A stretch of 64,000 nt of DNA from the human T2T-CHM13v2.0 reference genome, Homo sapiens. Shown piece after piece: positions 17,473 to 32,830 of this stretch (positions are counted from its first letter, which is position 1; every line of letters starts with the position of its first letter). The notes under the pieces are model-generated. The model searched no databases, was not told where the DNA came from, and saw only the letters and a program-made list of their open reading frames with translations. The DNA is taken from assembly GCF_009914755.1 (NCBI RefSeq), contig NC_060926.1; one strand, written 5' to 3'. A program made the position numbers and the translations under genes.

Positions 17473-20269
17473 ATAACACATCAAATAGTTAATCTATCAC
17501 AGGCAAGTAGGCTTTATCCCTGGGATGCAAGGTTGGTTCAACATATGTAAATCAATAAATGTGATTCAACACATAAATAGAACTAAAAACAAAATTCACA
17601 TGATTATCTGAATAGATGCAGGAAAGGCTCTTAATAATATTCAACATTGCTTTATGTTTAAAAAAAACTCTCAACAAACTAGGCATTGAACAAATATACT
17701 TCAAAATAATAAGAGCCATCTATGACATACCCACAGCCAACATTATACTAAATGGGCAAAAGCTGGAAACACTCCTCTTGAAAACCAGCAGGAGATGAGG
17801 ATTCCATCTCTCACCACTAGTATTCAACATTGTACTGTCAGTCATAGTCAGAGCAATCAGGCAAAAGAAAGAAATAAAAGGCATCCAAATAAGAATTGAG
17901 GAAGTAAAACTATTCCTGTATACAGATGATATGAGTCTGTTCCTAGAAATCCCCATCATCTCCGACCATAAACTCTTGATGTAATAAACAACTTCAGCAA
18001 ACTTTCTGGATACAAAATCAACGTATGAAAATCAGTAGCATTCTTATATACCAATAATATCCAAACAGAAAGCTAAATCGAGAATGCAATCTCATTCACG
18101 ATAGTCAGAAAAAAAAGAATAAAATACCTAGGAATACACCTAACCAGGGAGGTGAAAGATCTCCAAAACAAGAATACAAAACACTACTCAAATAAATCAA
18201 AGACAACACAAACAAATGGAAAAACATTCCATGCTCATGGATATGAAGAGACATTGTTGAAATGGCCATACTGCCCAAAGAAATTTACAGATTTAGTGCT
18301 ATTCCTATCGAACTATCAGTGACACTCTTCCCAGAATTAGAAAAATCTGGGAAGAAGTGCCAGAACAGCCAAGGCAATCCTAAGCAAAAAGAACAAAGCT
18401 GGAGTCATCACATTATTCAACTTCAAAATATACTGAAAGGCAACAAATAGCAAAACAGCATGGTACTGTTGCAAAAACAAAGACATAGATCAATGGAACA
18501 GAGTAGACAGTCCAGAAATAATACCACATATCTATAAACCATCTGATCTTCACAAATTCAACATAAACAAGCAGTGGAGAAAGGACTCAGTAAGTAGTGT
18601 TGGTATAACTGGCTAGCCATATGCATAAGATTGAAACTGAACCACTTCCTTACACCATACAACAAAAATCAACACAAGGTGGACTAATCACTAAATCTGA
18701 AACCTAAAACTATAAAAACCCTGAAAGATAACCTAGGAAATACTATTCTGGACATATACCCTGACAAAGATTTCATGACAAAGATGCCAAAAGCAATTGC
18801 AACAAAAAGAAAAATTGACAAATGAGACCTAATTAAAATAGATAGCTTCTGCATAGCAAAAGAAGCTATCAACAGAGGAAACAGACAACCCATAGAGTGG
18901 GAAAAAATGTTTGCAATCTATGCATGTGAGAAAGGTCTAATATTCAGAATCTAAAAGGAACTTAAATCAACAAGCAAGCAAAAACCCCGTTAAAAAGTGG
19001 GCAAAGGACATGAACAGACACTTTTCAAAAAAAGACATACACATGATCAACAAGCATTTAAAAAACGTTCATCACTAATCATTAGAGAAATGCAATCCAA
19101 AGCACAATGAGATGTTATCTCACACCAGTCTGAATAGCTATTATGAAAAAGTAAAAAAATAACATGCTGGCAGGGTTGTGAGGAAAGGGAACAGTTTGTG
19201 TACTACTGGTGGGAATGTAAATTAGATCAGCCATTGTGGAAAGCAGTTTGGAGATTTTTTCAAAGAATTCAAAGTAGAATTACTATTTGACCTAGCAATC
19301 CCATTATTGGGTATATATCCTAATGAATATAGATCATTCTACCACAAAGACACATGCATGTGTATGCTCATTACAGCACTATTCACAGTAGCAAAGATAT
19401 GGAATTAACTTAAGTGCCCATCAACAGTAGACTGAATAAAGAAAATGTAATACATATACACCATGGAATACTATGCAGCCATGAAGAAGAGTTAGATCGC
19501 ATATTTTGCAGGAAAATGAATGGAGCTGGAGGCCATTATCCTAAGCAAACTGACACAGAAACAGGCAGAACAGAAAAACAAATATCAAATGTTCTCTCTT
19601 ATAAGTGGGAGATAAACATTGAGAATATAGGGACATAAAGTAGGGAACAACAAACACCAGGGCCTACTCAAAGATGGAAAGTGGGATGAGGGTGAGGATT
19701 GAAAAACTACTTATTAGGTACTATGCTTATCACCAAGGTGATGAAATAATCTGTATGCTAAATCTCCATGGCATCAATTTACCAATAACAAACTTGCACA
19801 TGTACAATGGAATTTACATAAAGGTTTTTTTAAATGTTAAATATATGTTAAATATATCTATAATACATAAATATTATATATAACATATAAACTATGAATA
19901 TAATAAAGCAGCTGTATAAATCTCAGGATATAATAGAAAGTTATAGGTATAATTTAACTGAGTCAATAATAAAGAAACACAGCGGATGACTTCCCCAAAT
20001 AGGAAGTCTTTAGGCAGAAAATCTCAAGACTGAGAAATCCAAAATTTCTTGCCTTTTCACCATTTGTTTAGTGGCTATATGCTGTAGAATAAAGGAAAAG
20101 GCCTAAATTAAACAAAGTTTTACTTATTTACACACTGTAACACTCTAATCCCCTTCCCATCAGAAACTAGCAAGCACATAGACATGTTTCTAGCCACATG
20201 CTGCCAATTGGAACTACTGAAAAATAAAATCTCAAGACATCAGAGCTCCAGTGCTTTGATTTTGATTTT

Positions 20270-20357
20270 TGATTATGCCTTGTGACCTTGCATATGAACT
20301 TCACTTTAAAGGGTCCCAGTTTCCTCATTGTTAACATGTAAGGATTAGACTAGATTA
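20270..20357 (+). mobile_element. MIR/MIR3 fragment
   Basis: tgtgaccttg...cagtttcctcat...ggattagactagat core. Confidence 0.55.
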
Positions 20358-20734
20358 CTGGATTTTTTTATCTTTTCTTCTGGGCACAGTTCTTTATTTA
20401 AATAAAATTTTATGTGGAAAATCTCTATCAATATAGATGAAAGAAGAACTGCTCTGATTGAAGTTGGAGTGAGAAAAAGAAGAAATTACTGAGTTAATGA
20501 GTTAGGTATACTTAAAGATACTTATCTTTAACCAGGAATAAGATAAGAATATGTACTAAAATACTGATCCTATACCTTTCCCTTTTGTATCATTTGTTAA
20601 CATTTTCATGTTGCATGGGAAAGAAAATAAATGACAGATTCAGAAAATCTCGTATGTTGACCAAATAGTCCTATTGACTAAGTTATAAAGAACTATCAAG
20701 GACTCATGCAAAGGCAGATAAATTAGTTAGTATT

Positions 20735-20938
20735 CACTGAAGCATTTCCTTGGAGTAGGTTCTACTTGAACTGCTTAAAAATGTTATTTCATATAATTTT
20801 CATAACTCTTTTATCTCCACTTTACAAAAAGAAAGAAACTGAGACAGAAACATTAACTTGCTCAAGGTCACATAGCTTAGTAATAGACCCAGTTTTCAAA
20901 CTATATCACCTGATTTCAGAGACTAGAGTCATAACACT
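20735..20938 (-). mobile_element. MIR
   Basis: gaaactgagacaga...taacttgctcaaggtcacatagct core. Confidence 0.75.
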
Positions 20939-20975
20939 TTCCTTTGCTTCCCTTATTCGCTGCAGAGTAGTTTAA

Positions 20976-21132
20976 AGCGGTGGCTCTCAACTTGAGTATG
21001 CATCAAAACCACCTGAAAAGCTTGTAAACCATGGATTGTACCTTCCCCACTCCAGCATGTCTAGTTCAATGTATCTGGAGTAGAGCATAAGAATTTACAT
21101 CTTTAAGTTCTGAAGTGCACTACTTGAGAAGA
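20976..21132. mobile_element. MER5A-like hAT MITE
   Basis: gtggctctcaacttgagtatgcatcaaaaccacctg...cttgagaa. Confidence 0.7.
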
Positions 21133-22261
21133 AATTATGATAAACAACCAAACTATTAAAAGTAATTTATAAAGCATAAACCATTGCTGACATTTTAATG
21201 AAAGTTTTTAAAGTAATAAATGAAAGGCAAGGAAGGAAAGTACAGAACAACATGTAAGTATAAAGTTCTACAATTTTGTAAAGAAAAGTAATAAAAAGCA
21301 AGAAGAAAATCTAAATATATGGAACATTTAATCTTACATATAATAATACAGTAGTCAATATTTATGTAGTATTTCCTATACACAGATAGTCTGCTAATCA
21401 CTCTACTTATTTAATCTTTGCACAAACCCTATAAAATAGATCCTATATTTCTCCCATTATACAGATAAAATAAGTCAGCAACCGGCAAACAGATAAGACA
21501 GGGTTTGATTTTTTTGCAGTCTGCTTTTGAGTCTGAATTCTTCCCGTCCTAGTCCTCACTAAAAGATACTTGTGTATTCTTGATTTTGATTGAGAACTAT
21601 CTATGGAAACATATTTTAAGCATGAAGATAATTTATACTCATCAGATGGACAACGTTAGAATGAATGTGTGAGAAGAAAGGCATTTGCATGCACTCACAG
21701 TGGCAGTGTTTATTGGTGGAACTATTCTGGAGAGTAAGTTGGCAAAGTGTAGCAAAGGCTTTAAAAAAACTTATACTGTTTGACCTATAATATAAAGTTA
21801 CAGTGATTTCCATTAAAGAAATACTTAGGTTGCTTCACAAAAATCTCCATGCACAAAAATATTCATTTCAATATTGCATTTAAAAATAAATCAGTGAAAT
21901 GAGGAGATTTTCTTAAAAAAATGACAAACTAAAGCTTACTAGGAAGCAATTAAAGTAAGTATGTGGGTATTACACTGAAGTGATCAATATAAAAGGGCAA
22001 TCATCTTATTTTCTTATGTTAAAAAAGCATCATGGAGAACATTGTGTATAGTGTGGTCTAATATAATTTTAAAATATAATAACCTAAGAGAATTAACCAA
22101 AAAAATCAAACTAGATGATTTAAGTTACACATAGGGCAAAAAAAAATATGAAAAGAATAATAGATCTATTATAATTTAAAAAACAGCAAAGGAGAACAGT
22201 TAAAACCTACACAAAGGAAAAATAAAACTTCAAAATACACAATCACTTTAAAAGTATTTAA

Positions 22262-22706
22262 AGCAAAGATATGGAATCAATTTAGGTGCCCATAAATGGT
22301 GGATTGAATAAAGAGAATGTGGTACACACACCATGGAATACTATGCAGCCATAAAAAAGAATGAAATAATGTCCTTTGTAGTCACAGGGATGCAGCTGGA
22401 GATTATTATCCCAAGTGAAGTAACACAGAAACGGAAAGCCAAATACTGCATATCCTCACTTATACATGGGAGCTGAACACTGGGTACACACAGACATAAA
22501 GATGAAAACGATAGACACTGGGGACTCCAAAAAGAGGAAGGGAGAGCGGAAAAAGGGCTGAAAAACTTCTATTGAGTACTATGTTCATTATCTGGGTAAT
22601 GGGATCAATAGAAGCCCAAACCTTAGCATCACACAATATACTTGCATAAGAAACCTGCACATGTACCCACTGAATCGAAAATAAAAATTTTTAAAAATAA
22701 GAAATA
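22262..22706 (+). mobile_element. 5'-truncated L1PB(4-like) 3' end
   Basis: L1 3'UTR with A-rich tail; TSD taaaagtaYttaa at 22249-22261 and 22707-22719. Confidence 0.9.
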
Positions 22707-23029
22707 TAAAAGTACTTAAGATAAATATTATATTTAGCTCAAAAACAACACCCATATATTTGTTGTTTTCTTGAAACACTTAAGATGAAAAGACAGAAAA
22801 AAAGACAAAAACATAAAAATGAGGCAACACATAATAAAATGTAGCCAATGTGTACAACGATGATTACATAAGACAAAATAGAACTCTAGAAAAATAAAAT
22901 GACAATAGATACATTTCATTAAAACCAAACTCCACATAAAGATTGAGTCATTGATCATTATGTGCCAATCTGCAGCATTAATATAACCAAATTCTTAGAT
23001 ACATAATAGAAATTTGGGAAAATATAATT

Positions 23030-23850
23030 GTTTATTCTCTAGAGCAAAGTGACCAAAACACCCAACTGGATAGGTTGCAAGAATAGAAAATATTTATTTC
23101 CCATAATTGAAGGTTAATGGCTTCAGATACTACTTGATTTAACAGCTCTTCTTAGTTTGACTCTCTCTTCATTGATGCAAGTTGCTGCAGCAGGACCAAC
23201 TTTTATTCCACTCTCTGTCCCCAGGTAGCAATGAGGGATGTGATGGGTCTCTTCCAACAATTTCGGCTGAGGTTTTATTGTCTCAATAGACCATATGAAG
23301 AAAGCAACACTCTGGTCGATCCAGCATAAGCCACAGTGCTGGGGTGGAGTCAGCTCTACCGAAAGGACGTAAAGAATGGCGGAGGGAGGAGAGATGAGAA
23401 ATGACTGAACAACATAAATTAGTCAGTCACTTTAGTATATCTGCTAAATATGCAATCATAAGCAAAACAAAGTAGCTTATGTAATATGTATTATTCCAGA
23501 GTACATAATGGTGGTTGAGAATTGCAAGGACTGTGCTCCACATATCCTCTATTCCAGGACTCAGGCTGAGAGGATTGAGACATCATTTTTGTGCAAAGAA
23601 AAAGAGAGGTAAAGGGCTGGCAGAGCACCACAATGTCTCTTAAAGCTTCTGCTCCCACATAGCATTGGTGAACTCCACTCACATTCCAATGGTCAAAGCA
23701 GGTTACAAACCTAGCCCAAAGTCAAAGTAATGGGGGGTATATTTCTGTGCATTGAAGTCACATGGCAGCATGCAAAGATGTATAATCAATATTCTTACAG
23801 GCAAGTGGAAGGAAAGGGGGCTTATTAATTGTGAACATAATCTACACCAC
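23030..23850 (-). mobile_element. Old MLT1-type MaLR LTR fragments
   Basis: ttaaagcttctgct...ccactcacattccaatggtcaaagca resembles MLT1I-L; diverged. Confidence 0.45.
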
Positions 23851-26800
23851 TTTTGTATTTCTCAATATAATTCTAAGTTTGGGATCGTTAAAACGTAAAA
23901 TTTAACTAGGATGAGAAATTTAATTTTTTTGTTGGTATCTACCTGTGTCACTGTCCCTGTCTCCATTTTATCTCAGAAATTTAATTGTCTATTCTCTATC
24001 TATCATATTCTCTTTGTGTCCTACGGTGTTCGGAATGCCCTGCAGTGTTTTATTATTATTATTAATTAAGCTGACCCACTGTACAAATAATTGGAAATGC
24101 TATTTATGAACTCCAAAATATCAGGATATTATCAGTGGATCAGCAAGAGAAGAACTAATCTATAGAATGAGTATGTTTTAAACACAGAGCAAAACACTCA
24201 AACTGACAAGGTGACTGTTAATCTATTTCTTCAACAAATTGCTAAGATAGTCTCTAATTAGAAGAAGATAAATGACTTCTTCAGCCTTTGCGAATTCAAA
24301 AAACACACACAAACACACTATCTTCCTGACCCACCCCTCAGAATTTTTCATACACACATACATGATGTAAGTTGCTATGGTGATATGCTCATCTCCATGG
24401 CAATTGATCATTTTATTTCTGTAAATATCCATTGTCTCTTAATAAACAAATTATGGGCTATCAACCCAAAGATTTGAATCTTCAAAGAATATATAAATCA
24501 AACTCACATAAAATAAATTCCCACCCAAGAAAAAATGTTATTCCCAATAATAACAACAATGGACAAAGCAAAAACTTAGAAAATTAATAGCTAGAATGAA
24601 GCTATAAAAGTACATATTTTTGGAAAATAAAAGCTTCCAAATAGCTGCAAATGTTCAAAATGACAGCTTTCTCACAATAGGTATGCATGATGCAACTCAG
24701 CTTCTAGTTGTAGTTCGTGTGTAGTTGTAACAATCCTTGGCAGAAAATGAAATTCAGGATTCTGATTGCCAGAAAGTAATCATTGCAAAATTTGTCTACC
24801 TTCTGGAAAAAAAAATCATTTATAATCATACACAGAAAGTCATAAACATTGACTAAAGTATGAATAAATTGAAAACTCCTGACTTAGAGAGTGAGATAAA
24901 AGATAGTGACTGGTATGATTTGAAAATTTGACATTTAAATATATAACCGATTATGTGTCTTTACATGTTAACTATAACAACACAACAAAAAAAATGTATA
25001 CACATTGTCATTGGATTCTGGTAAATTTTATGAGGCAAAAAAGACAGTTTGGAAGAGGGGGTTCAATGAGCTGTTTTTTGTAAACAATTTAACATTTCAG
25101 GTTTAATAGTAGCATTTGCTCTAACATGAAGTCCATTAAAAACGCTTTTATATTCCTGAGAGGCTTCATCAATTTTAGCAAATCAATTTATGAAATTATT
25201 TTGAAATTCAATGGCCCATATGAAAGTAATGATTGGAACCTTAAGTTATATAAACAAAAGTAGGGCAAGTAGAAATATCAAATATCCACAAACACAAATT
25301 AGGACATGGAATATAAATGTTATAATACTTTTTATTTAACTCCAATAAGGTATGAAAAAGCATATATAGAAAAACTGGAAGATTAAACAATCAGATTGAT
25401 AGAGTTAATTTCAAATATTTGGATTGTTAAAATTAACTTCATAAGAAAAATATCTTTCAAAAGTAAAAAGAAAAAATAATTTAAAAATAAATATTCTGAA
25501 GCCAACCATGAGAATATGACTTATTTTGGTGAACATTAAAAAGCAAGACAGTGAGAGAGTGAACAATCTTCACCATCCATTTATTATCTCCACAAAGTTG
25601 CATTTTTAGATGTCCCATACTCATTTAACCATCCCTGGTTGATGGATAATTTTGCACATATTCAATATTGTATTAAAATTGAAGGGCATATATTGATATT
25701 ATATCTTGAAAAATATATCTGATGATGCTATGTTCTTACTTCTTGAATGTTAGCCTTTCTCTCACTGATTTTTAGGAGAATTTTATGTAGGAAGTTAGCA
25801 GTGTTTTCCTTTCAAGTAAAGCAAATTTTTCTTGTTTAAATATGTGGATTATTTATATAATATTTGGTCAAACTGATTTTTCTGATCGGAACAAAAAATC
25901 CAGAAATAAGTAGACAGATAAAAGTTTACATATTTGTTTATACAAAAAGTCTCCAGCAAAATATAAAACATCTAGCTACCCAAATATTATGTAAATAACC
26001 TAAATGTGCGTCCTTATTCCCTTTGGTCTCCTATAGCATCTAATATTAATGAATGTTCAAAAACAAATCTGTGCCACATTACTTGATGAAGAGTTTAGTG
26101 GGGAGGTTACATATTGGCCTATTTGTAGGCAAGCAGTTATTTTTTTGTTCTTAACTCTCTTTCACCTGCTTTTGGTCAATGATGACAAAGTATAGTCAGA
26201 AATATGTACCAAATATCATTTTAATGTATGCACCTCTACTCACAAAATGATGTTTAATATAATTGGAAATAAATATCTGCCAAAGAATACTGAGATTGGA
26301 ACCAGAAGGCAACATATTCTATTTGCAGTCTTGTTGCAGCGGGTTGGTGTACAGGATGTCATGAAATAACAGAAACCTCAATTGGCTATAGACATGGAGG
26401 GGATTGTATTGATCGGTTAGCATTTTTCATACGTTATGAGTCAGTCAATGACCCAGTTAATGCATGATACCGAGAAAGCCATTTGCTCAAAGATGTTATG
26501 GCTCCAATATTAAAAACATGTTTCAACTCACCCTTATAAGAAGTGAGACAAAGTGAGAGGCTTATGATTGTATCTTTTATGTGACCTTGTCTTAATCCTT
26601 TATAATTCAAGGGGGCCATCGACATATATCTTAATGCTCACTATCATATGTCAAAAATCATTAATTACCTATTACTTGCTAAATAGAAAAAAAAAAATTG
26701 GAATCTTCGCCTTTCCCCGTCCATTGTCACACAGAAAGAGGCCAGTAGTCTGTCTCAAACAAACATATTTCAAGTTCCCCACAAAGATTTCTTAAAAGGA

Positions 26801-27139
26801 GCGCTAGGGGAAAAAAAGAGAAAGACAGGATGGCCATTATTCATCAATATAGCTATTATAACTAGCTGAATTCAGGGGATTCAAAATTTCTTTTCCAGTG
26901 GAGTTTATGAAATTTTTACACACTAGGGCTTCTTGTGACTCATATTAGGACCCTGTATTTTAAATCTGTATATCCTAATGAATGAATAATTCCCTAAATC
27001 GACCTTTTTTTTTTTTTTTACAAAAGCCCCTCCCTTTCTGTCTTTTATTTCCATGTGAACATCACAAAAAAAACCTAGCCTATTAGCCAGCTCTAGTCAT
27101 CTCATTCATCTATGCTGGGCTTAAGAATTCTGTGGTTCA

Positions 27140-27240
27140 CCGGGAGGCAGAGCTTGCAGTGAGCCGAGTTCGTGCCACTGCACGCCAGCCTGGGTGACAG
27201 AGCGAGACTCCATCTCAAAAAAACAAACAAACAAACAAAA
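27140..27240 (+). mobile_element. Severely 5'-truncated AluY-like insertion
   Basis: Last ~76 nt of Alu (gagcttgcagtgagccgag) with (CAAA)n tail; perfect 17-bp TSD aagaattctgtggttca at 27123-27139 and 27241-27257. Confidence 0.95.
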
Positions 27241-27681
27241 AAGAATTCTGTGGTTCAGTTTCCGAGCTAAGTGTCCTGGAAACTTACACACACCCTGCCC
27301 TCCTAACATCTGCAAGAAAAGGTGATAAAGAGAAGAAAAGATAGAATAGAAAGCCATAAAACATGGAGCACACCAAATAGAAACCTCATACACAATATAG
27401 AATAATAATTAAAGGAAATATAAGCAGATACCATATTTAGGAGTTGCCAAAAATTCTTCTCTAAATATTTTATCTGATTGCCAGAGCTGATTGTAAAGAC
27501 TGAGAATTAAGATGTTTTCAAGGATTGATCATTATGCATTTATTTATTTGAGCATTTAAGTCTATGAATTTTTTTCAGGATCATTTTAGTCACTATCATT
27601 ATGTCCTATTTTGCAATCTCAACTTTTATCTTTTTTCTTTTATTCAATAGTTGCTTATGAAAAACATATTTAATTTTCAGT

Positions 27682-27736
27682 TCTCTCTGTCTCTCCTCTC
27701 TCTCTCTGTCTCTCTGTCTCTCTCTCTCTCTCTCTC
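27682..27736. repeat. (TC)n microsatellite
   Basis: Direct reading. Confidence 0.95.
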
Positions 27737-27959
27737 AGCATCTAGTGTTTTTGAGAGAAAATAGTTTATATTATTCCTATTTTGAGTAATTAATTGAACT
27801 TTTTTATTTGTGAAAATGAGAGATTTGTAGAGACAAATATATATGTAAAATATAGAGAATAAATTTATGAGAAACATATTTGTTCAAATATGTATTTTAA
27901 GAATAATGTATATGTGTTAAAAATATGGTATAATGAGACAAGTAGGATATATTGTTAGG

Positions 27960-29005
27960 ATACCAGATTTGAAGGTTAAAGGAAGGTTTTCCTGAGGAAT
28001 GGACAAATTGATAGCTGCAAGATATAAGAAAGGAGTAGAGGAGTCAGGAGTGAAGGGGGTAAAGAAAATACATCATGTAAAGGAGAACAGTTCATATTTG
28101 GTACATTACAGAAAGGAAGAAGGAAGGAAGGAATCAAGGATGAGAGGAAGCAGTGGAAGGACAGTGCTATGGTTTGAATATTTGTCACCTCCCAAAATCA
28201 TGTTGAAATTTAATCCCCAATGTGGCAATATTGAGAGGTGGATTATTGGGTTACCGTGGGAGTGGGACTGGTGGTTTTATAAAAAGAAACAGTCCTGGGG
28301 TAGCACAATCAGCCCCCTCTCCATGTGATGATCTGCACTGCCTTGGATTCTGCCGAGGGTCTCCACTAGCAAGAAGACTCTCACCAGATGCGTACACTCA
28401 GCCTTGGACTTCTCAACCTCCATCACTGTAAGAAATAAATCTTTTTCTTTGTAAATTACTCAGTCACACGTATTCTGTTATAAGCAATAGGAAATGTACT
28501 AAGACAGAAAACTGATGGCAAAGATAAAACAATGGCCCTTTCCAGAAATAAACAGGAAGGACAGCTACAGTTTAAAATGTGAGTGGGAATGAGTAGCTAG
28601 AGATGAATTTGGAAAAGTCAGCATAAAGCAGAATGACCTTGAAAGCCACATGAAGACGTTTGAATGGTTTCCTATAAACAATGGAGAGGCAATTATAGAT
28701 TTTTAGCAGAAGAATGGTATAATAATATTTCTAGAAATATAACTGGTCCAGAATAAAAAATAGACTGGAGAAGAGACAGGGGGAATGGGGGAATCCTTGT
28801 TTAAAAAAAAAATTTATTTTTGTTACTCAAGTAAGAATTAGTAGTAGCCCCTAATAAAGCAGGAGCTAGTTAACAGAGTATGATTTCAGGTTTGGAAATA
28901 TTTGGGAGGAAAAATGGAGAGGAATTGGCAAATAACTAGGCATGTGTGGTGAAGAAGTCAAAAGGTCACTTTGATTAGCTACAGATTTCTAGTTCTGAAG
29001 GGATG
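27960..29005 (-). mobile_element. L2 fragments flanking an MST LTR
   Basis: ggaaggttttcctgagga, ccttgaaagccacatgaagacgtttg, caatggagaggcaatt (purine-rich antisense L2). Confidence 0.55.
28165..28506 (+). mobile_element. MST(D-like) MaLR solo LTR
   Basis: tgctatggtttgaata...ccttggacttctc...gtaagaaataaat...actaagaca. Confidence 0.88.
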
Positions 29006-29014
29006 ATGGCTACA

Positions 29015-29870
29015 CATTGGAGAAAGAATGGTTTCTTCAAGGAGTGGTGCTGAGGAAAATAAATATCCACATGTGAAAGAATGAGACTAGATACTTACAC
29101 CATATATAAAAATCAACTCAAATGAATTAAAGATTTAAGTATAGACCTGAAACTGTAAAACTCCTAAAGGAAAACATAGGGGAATGCTTCATGATATTTA
29201 TTATGGCAATGGTTTCTTTGGATTAATGTGAAAAGCACAAGCAGCAGAAGAAAAAAATAAGCAAGTGGGAGGACATCAAACTGCAAGACTTCTGCACAGC
29301 AAAGAAAATAATCAACAGAATGTGACCGAAACCCAGGGAAATGGAGTTAATATTTCCAAGAGGTATATCTGATAATAGCAAATAAAATAAAATGGAATAA
29401 ATTAAAATAAACTCATTAAAAATGGGCAAAGGATGGAACAGACATTCCTCCAAACAAGACATACAAACGAACAATAGGTATATGCAAAGAAGCTTAGTAT
29501 TAGTAATCTTCAGTAAACTATAATTAAATTGTCACTTTATGTGTCTTAGGATTGCTGTATTTTTTAAAAAGAGAAATTTTTTTAAAAAAGAAATCTCAGT
29601 GAGAATGTGAAGAAATTGGAACACTTTGTATACTTTTGGTAGAAATGTAAAACGGTGCAGGACTTATGGAAACCAGTATGGAGTTCCTCCAAAAGTTAAA
29701 AATAAGCTATCAGATAATCCAGCACATACAAAATAATCAAAATTATGACTTCTACAGCAATATCTTCACTCCCATTTTTATTGCAACATTATTCACAATA
29801 GCCAATATATGCAGACAACGGAATAACCTAAATGTTCAACAGATATTAATAGACAAGGAAAATGTGGTAT
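29015..29870 (+). mobile_element. L1MA-like ORF2 3' fragment
   Basis: aaaaatcaactcaaa...agacctgaaactgtaaaactcc; cattattcacaatagccaa. Confidence 0.8.
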
Positions 29871-30027
29871 ATGTGTGTGTGTATATATATATATACACAC
29901 ATATATATATACACATATACATATATATACGTGTATATACATATACACACATACATATATATACGTGTATATACACATACACACATACATATATACGTGT
30001 ATATACATATACACACACACACACACA
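29868..30027. repeat. Compound (TA)/(CA) microsatellite with a ~34-bp higher-order unit
   Basis: atatatatacgtgtatatacaYatacacacatac, about 3 copies. Confidence 0.95.
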
Positions 30028-30714
30028 ATGTTCTTTATCTTTCAATATCTGGGATGAGACTGCATTTACTTACAGATAGGTAGTAATTCATTTGTGCATA
30101 TGTGTGTATGTATGTGTGTATTTTACTCCTGGTAATTTAGAAAGTTTAAAATTGCTTTTGGTTACATGAGTAATTTCATTTAAAACTTTATATACTACTT
30201 TTGACCCTTCCCTTTACTTTAGCAACTGCTGTCTCATTGTTATAATCATCACTTACACAAATTATTGCAATAGCATCTTTACTGGTCACCTGTGTTTGCA
30301 CTTGCCATTCCTATGCTTTTCCTATTCTCAACACAGAAGCTAAAGTGATCCTTTAAAAATGTTGCTATCTTACTCAAAGTCATTCAGTGGGATCCTATGG
30401 ATATCAGAATAAAAGTCTTGTTTAATCTTTCAAGCTTTATTTTTACTCTCAAGTGATTGTTTTCAAATTTCACCTCACTACACAGCCCTCCTTACTGCAG
30501 CTGTTATGCATCAGCTTTCAGAAAAACCCATTTACCAAGTTGCTCTCACCTTATATTGAAAAGTACTTCTGAAAAGTTCCTCTTAACTATAATGGGAAGT
30601 GACTTTGCCAGAAAATAAAGCAGAAAAATATCTATTTATATTCAAAGACATTATCTCTATGCATCCTTAATCAGAAGACACTTATCAGAAAACCAGGATT
30701 CTTCCCCTTCTATT

Positions 30715-31779
<1,065 letters not shown>

Positions 31780-32419
31780 TAGAAGTCTATTGACTTCTTC
31801 TTAATCCAACCCTCATCGTTTCTGCTTTGCCACCACAAACTTTATCAGCTAAAGTCATTTGCTTTCCAGTAAAATAATTTCCAAATTCCCTAGGACCTGA
31901 TACCCCATATATTCTTTCACACATACATTCTTTCAAATCACATACATTCTTTCAAATCATGGCCACAGCTACCTGTCATGTCACTAACATCAACAAGTTT
32001 ACTTTTTTCTCAGTTGAATTATATTCTGATAATTTTTTTGCCCAAGCCTGCCATATTATAGTAAATTATGAACAGGAACTTGATCCATTTTCCACCCCCA
32101 GCCTTGAAACTCATTAGCCTTAGGGTGATAGATTTGATCAAAGAACACTGAAGGTAACTGAGCCTCAGAATTTAGTATGATTCTATTGATCATACAACAA
32201 ACATGACATGAAAGTCAGATGTTGCCGGACTTGCTTTCTTTAAAAACAATGGATAGGAAATTTGGCCCATTCCTCTCCGTTTGTAGTCCTGCTGCAAGGT
32301 CACCACGGTAACCAATAAAAGACCAGTAAGAAAGATCTTCAATATTATCACCTAGAAATTTTACTCATCCTTTCAAATTCCAAGGAAGCCATGTATAGTT
32401 TCAAAAATCCTAAAAACTA

Positions 32420-32830
<411 letters not shown>

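Noticed and set aside
29666-30083. Cluster of overlapping ORFs on both strands
   Set aside because: Artefact of a stop-free (TA/CA)n repeat
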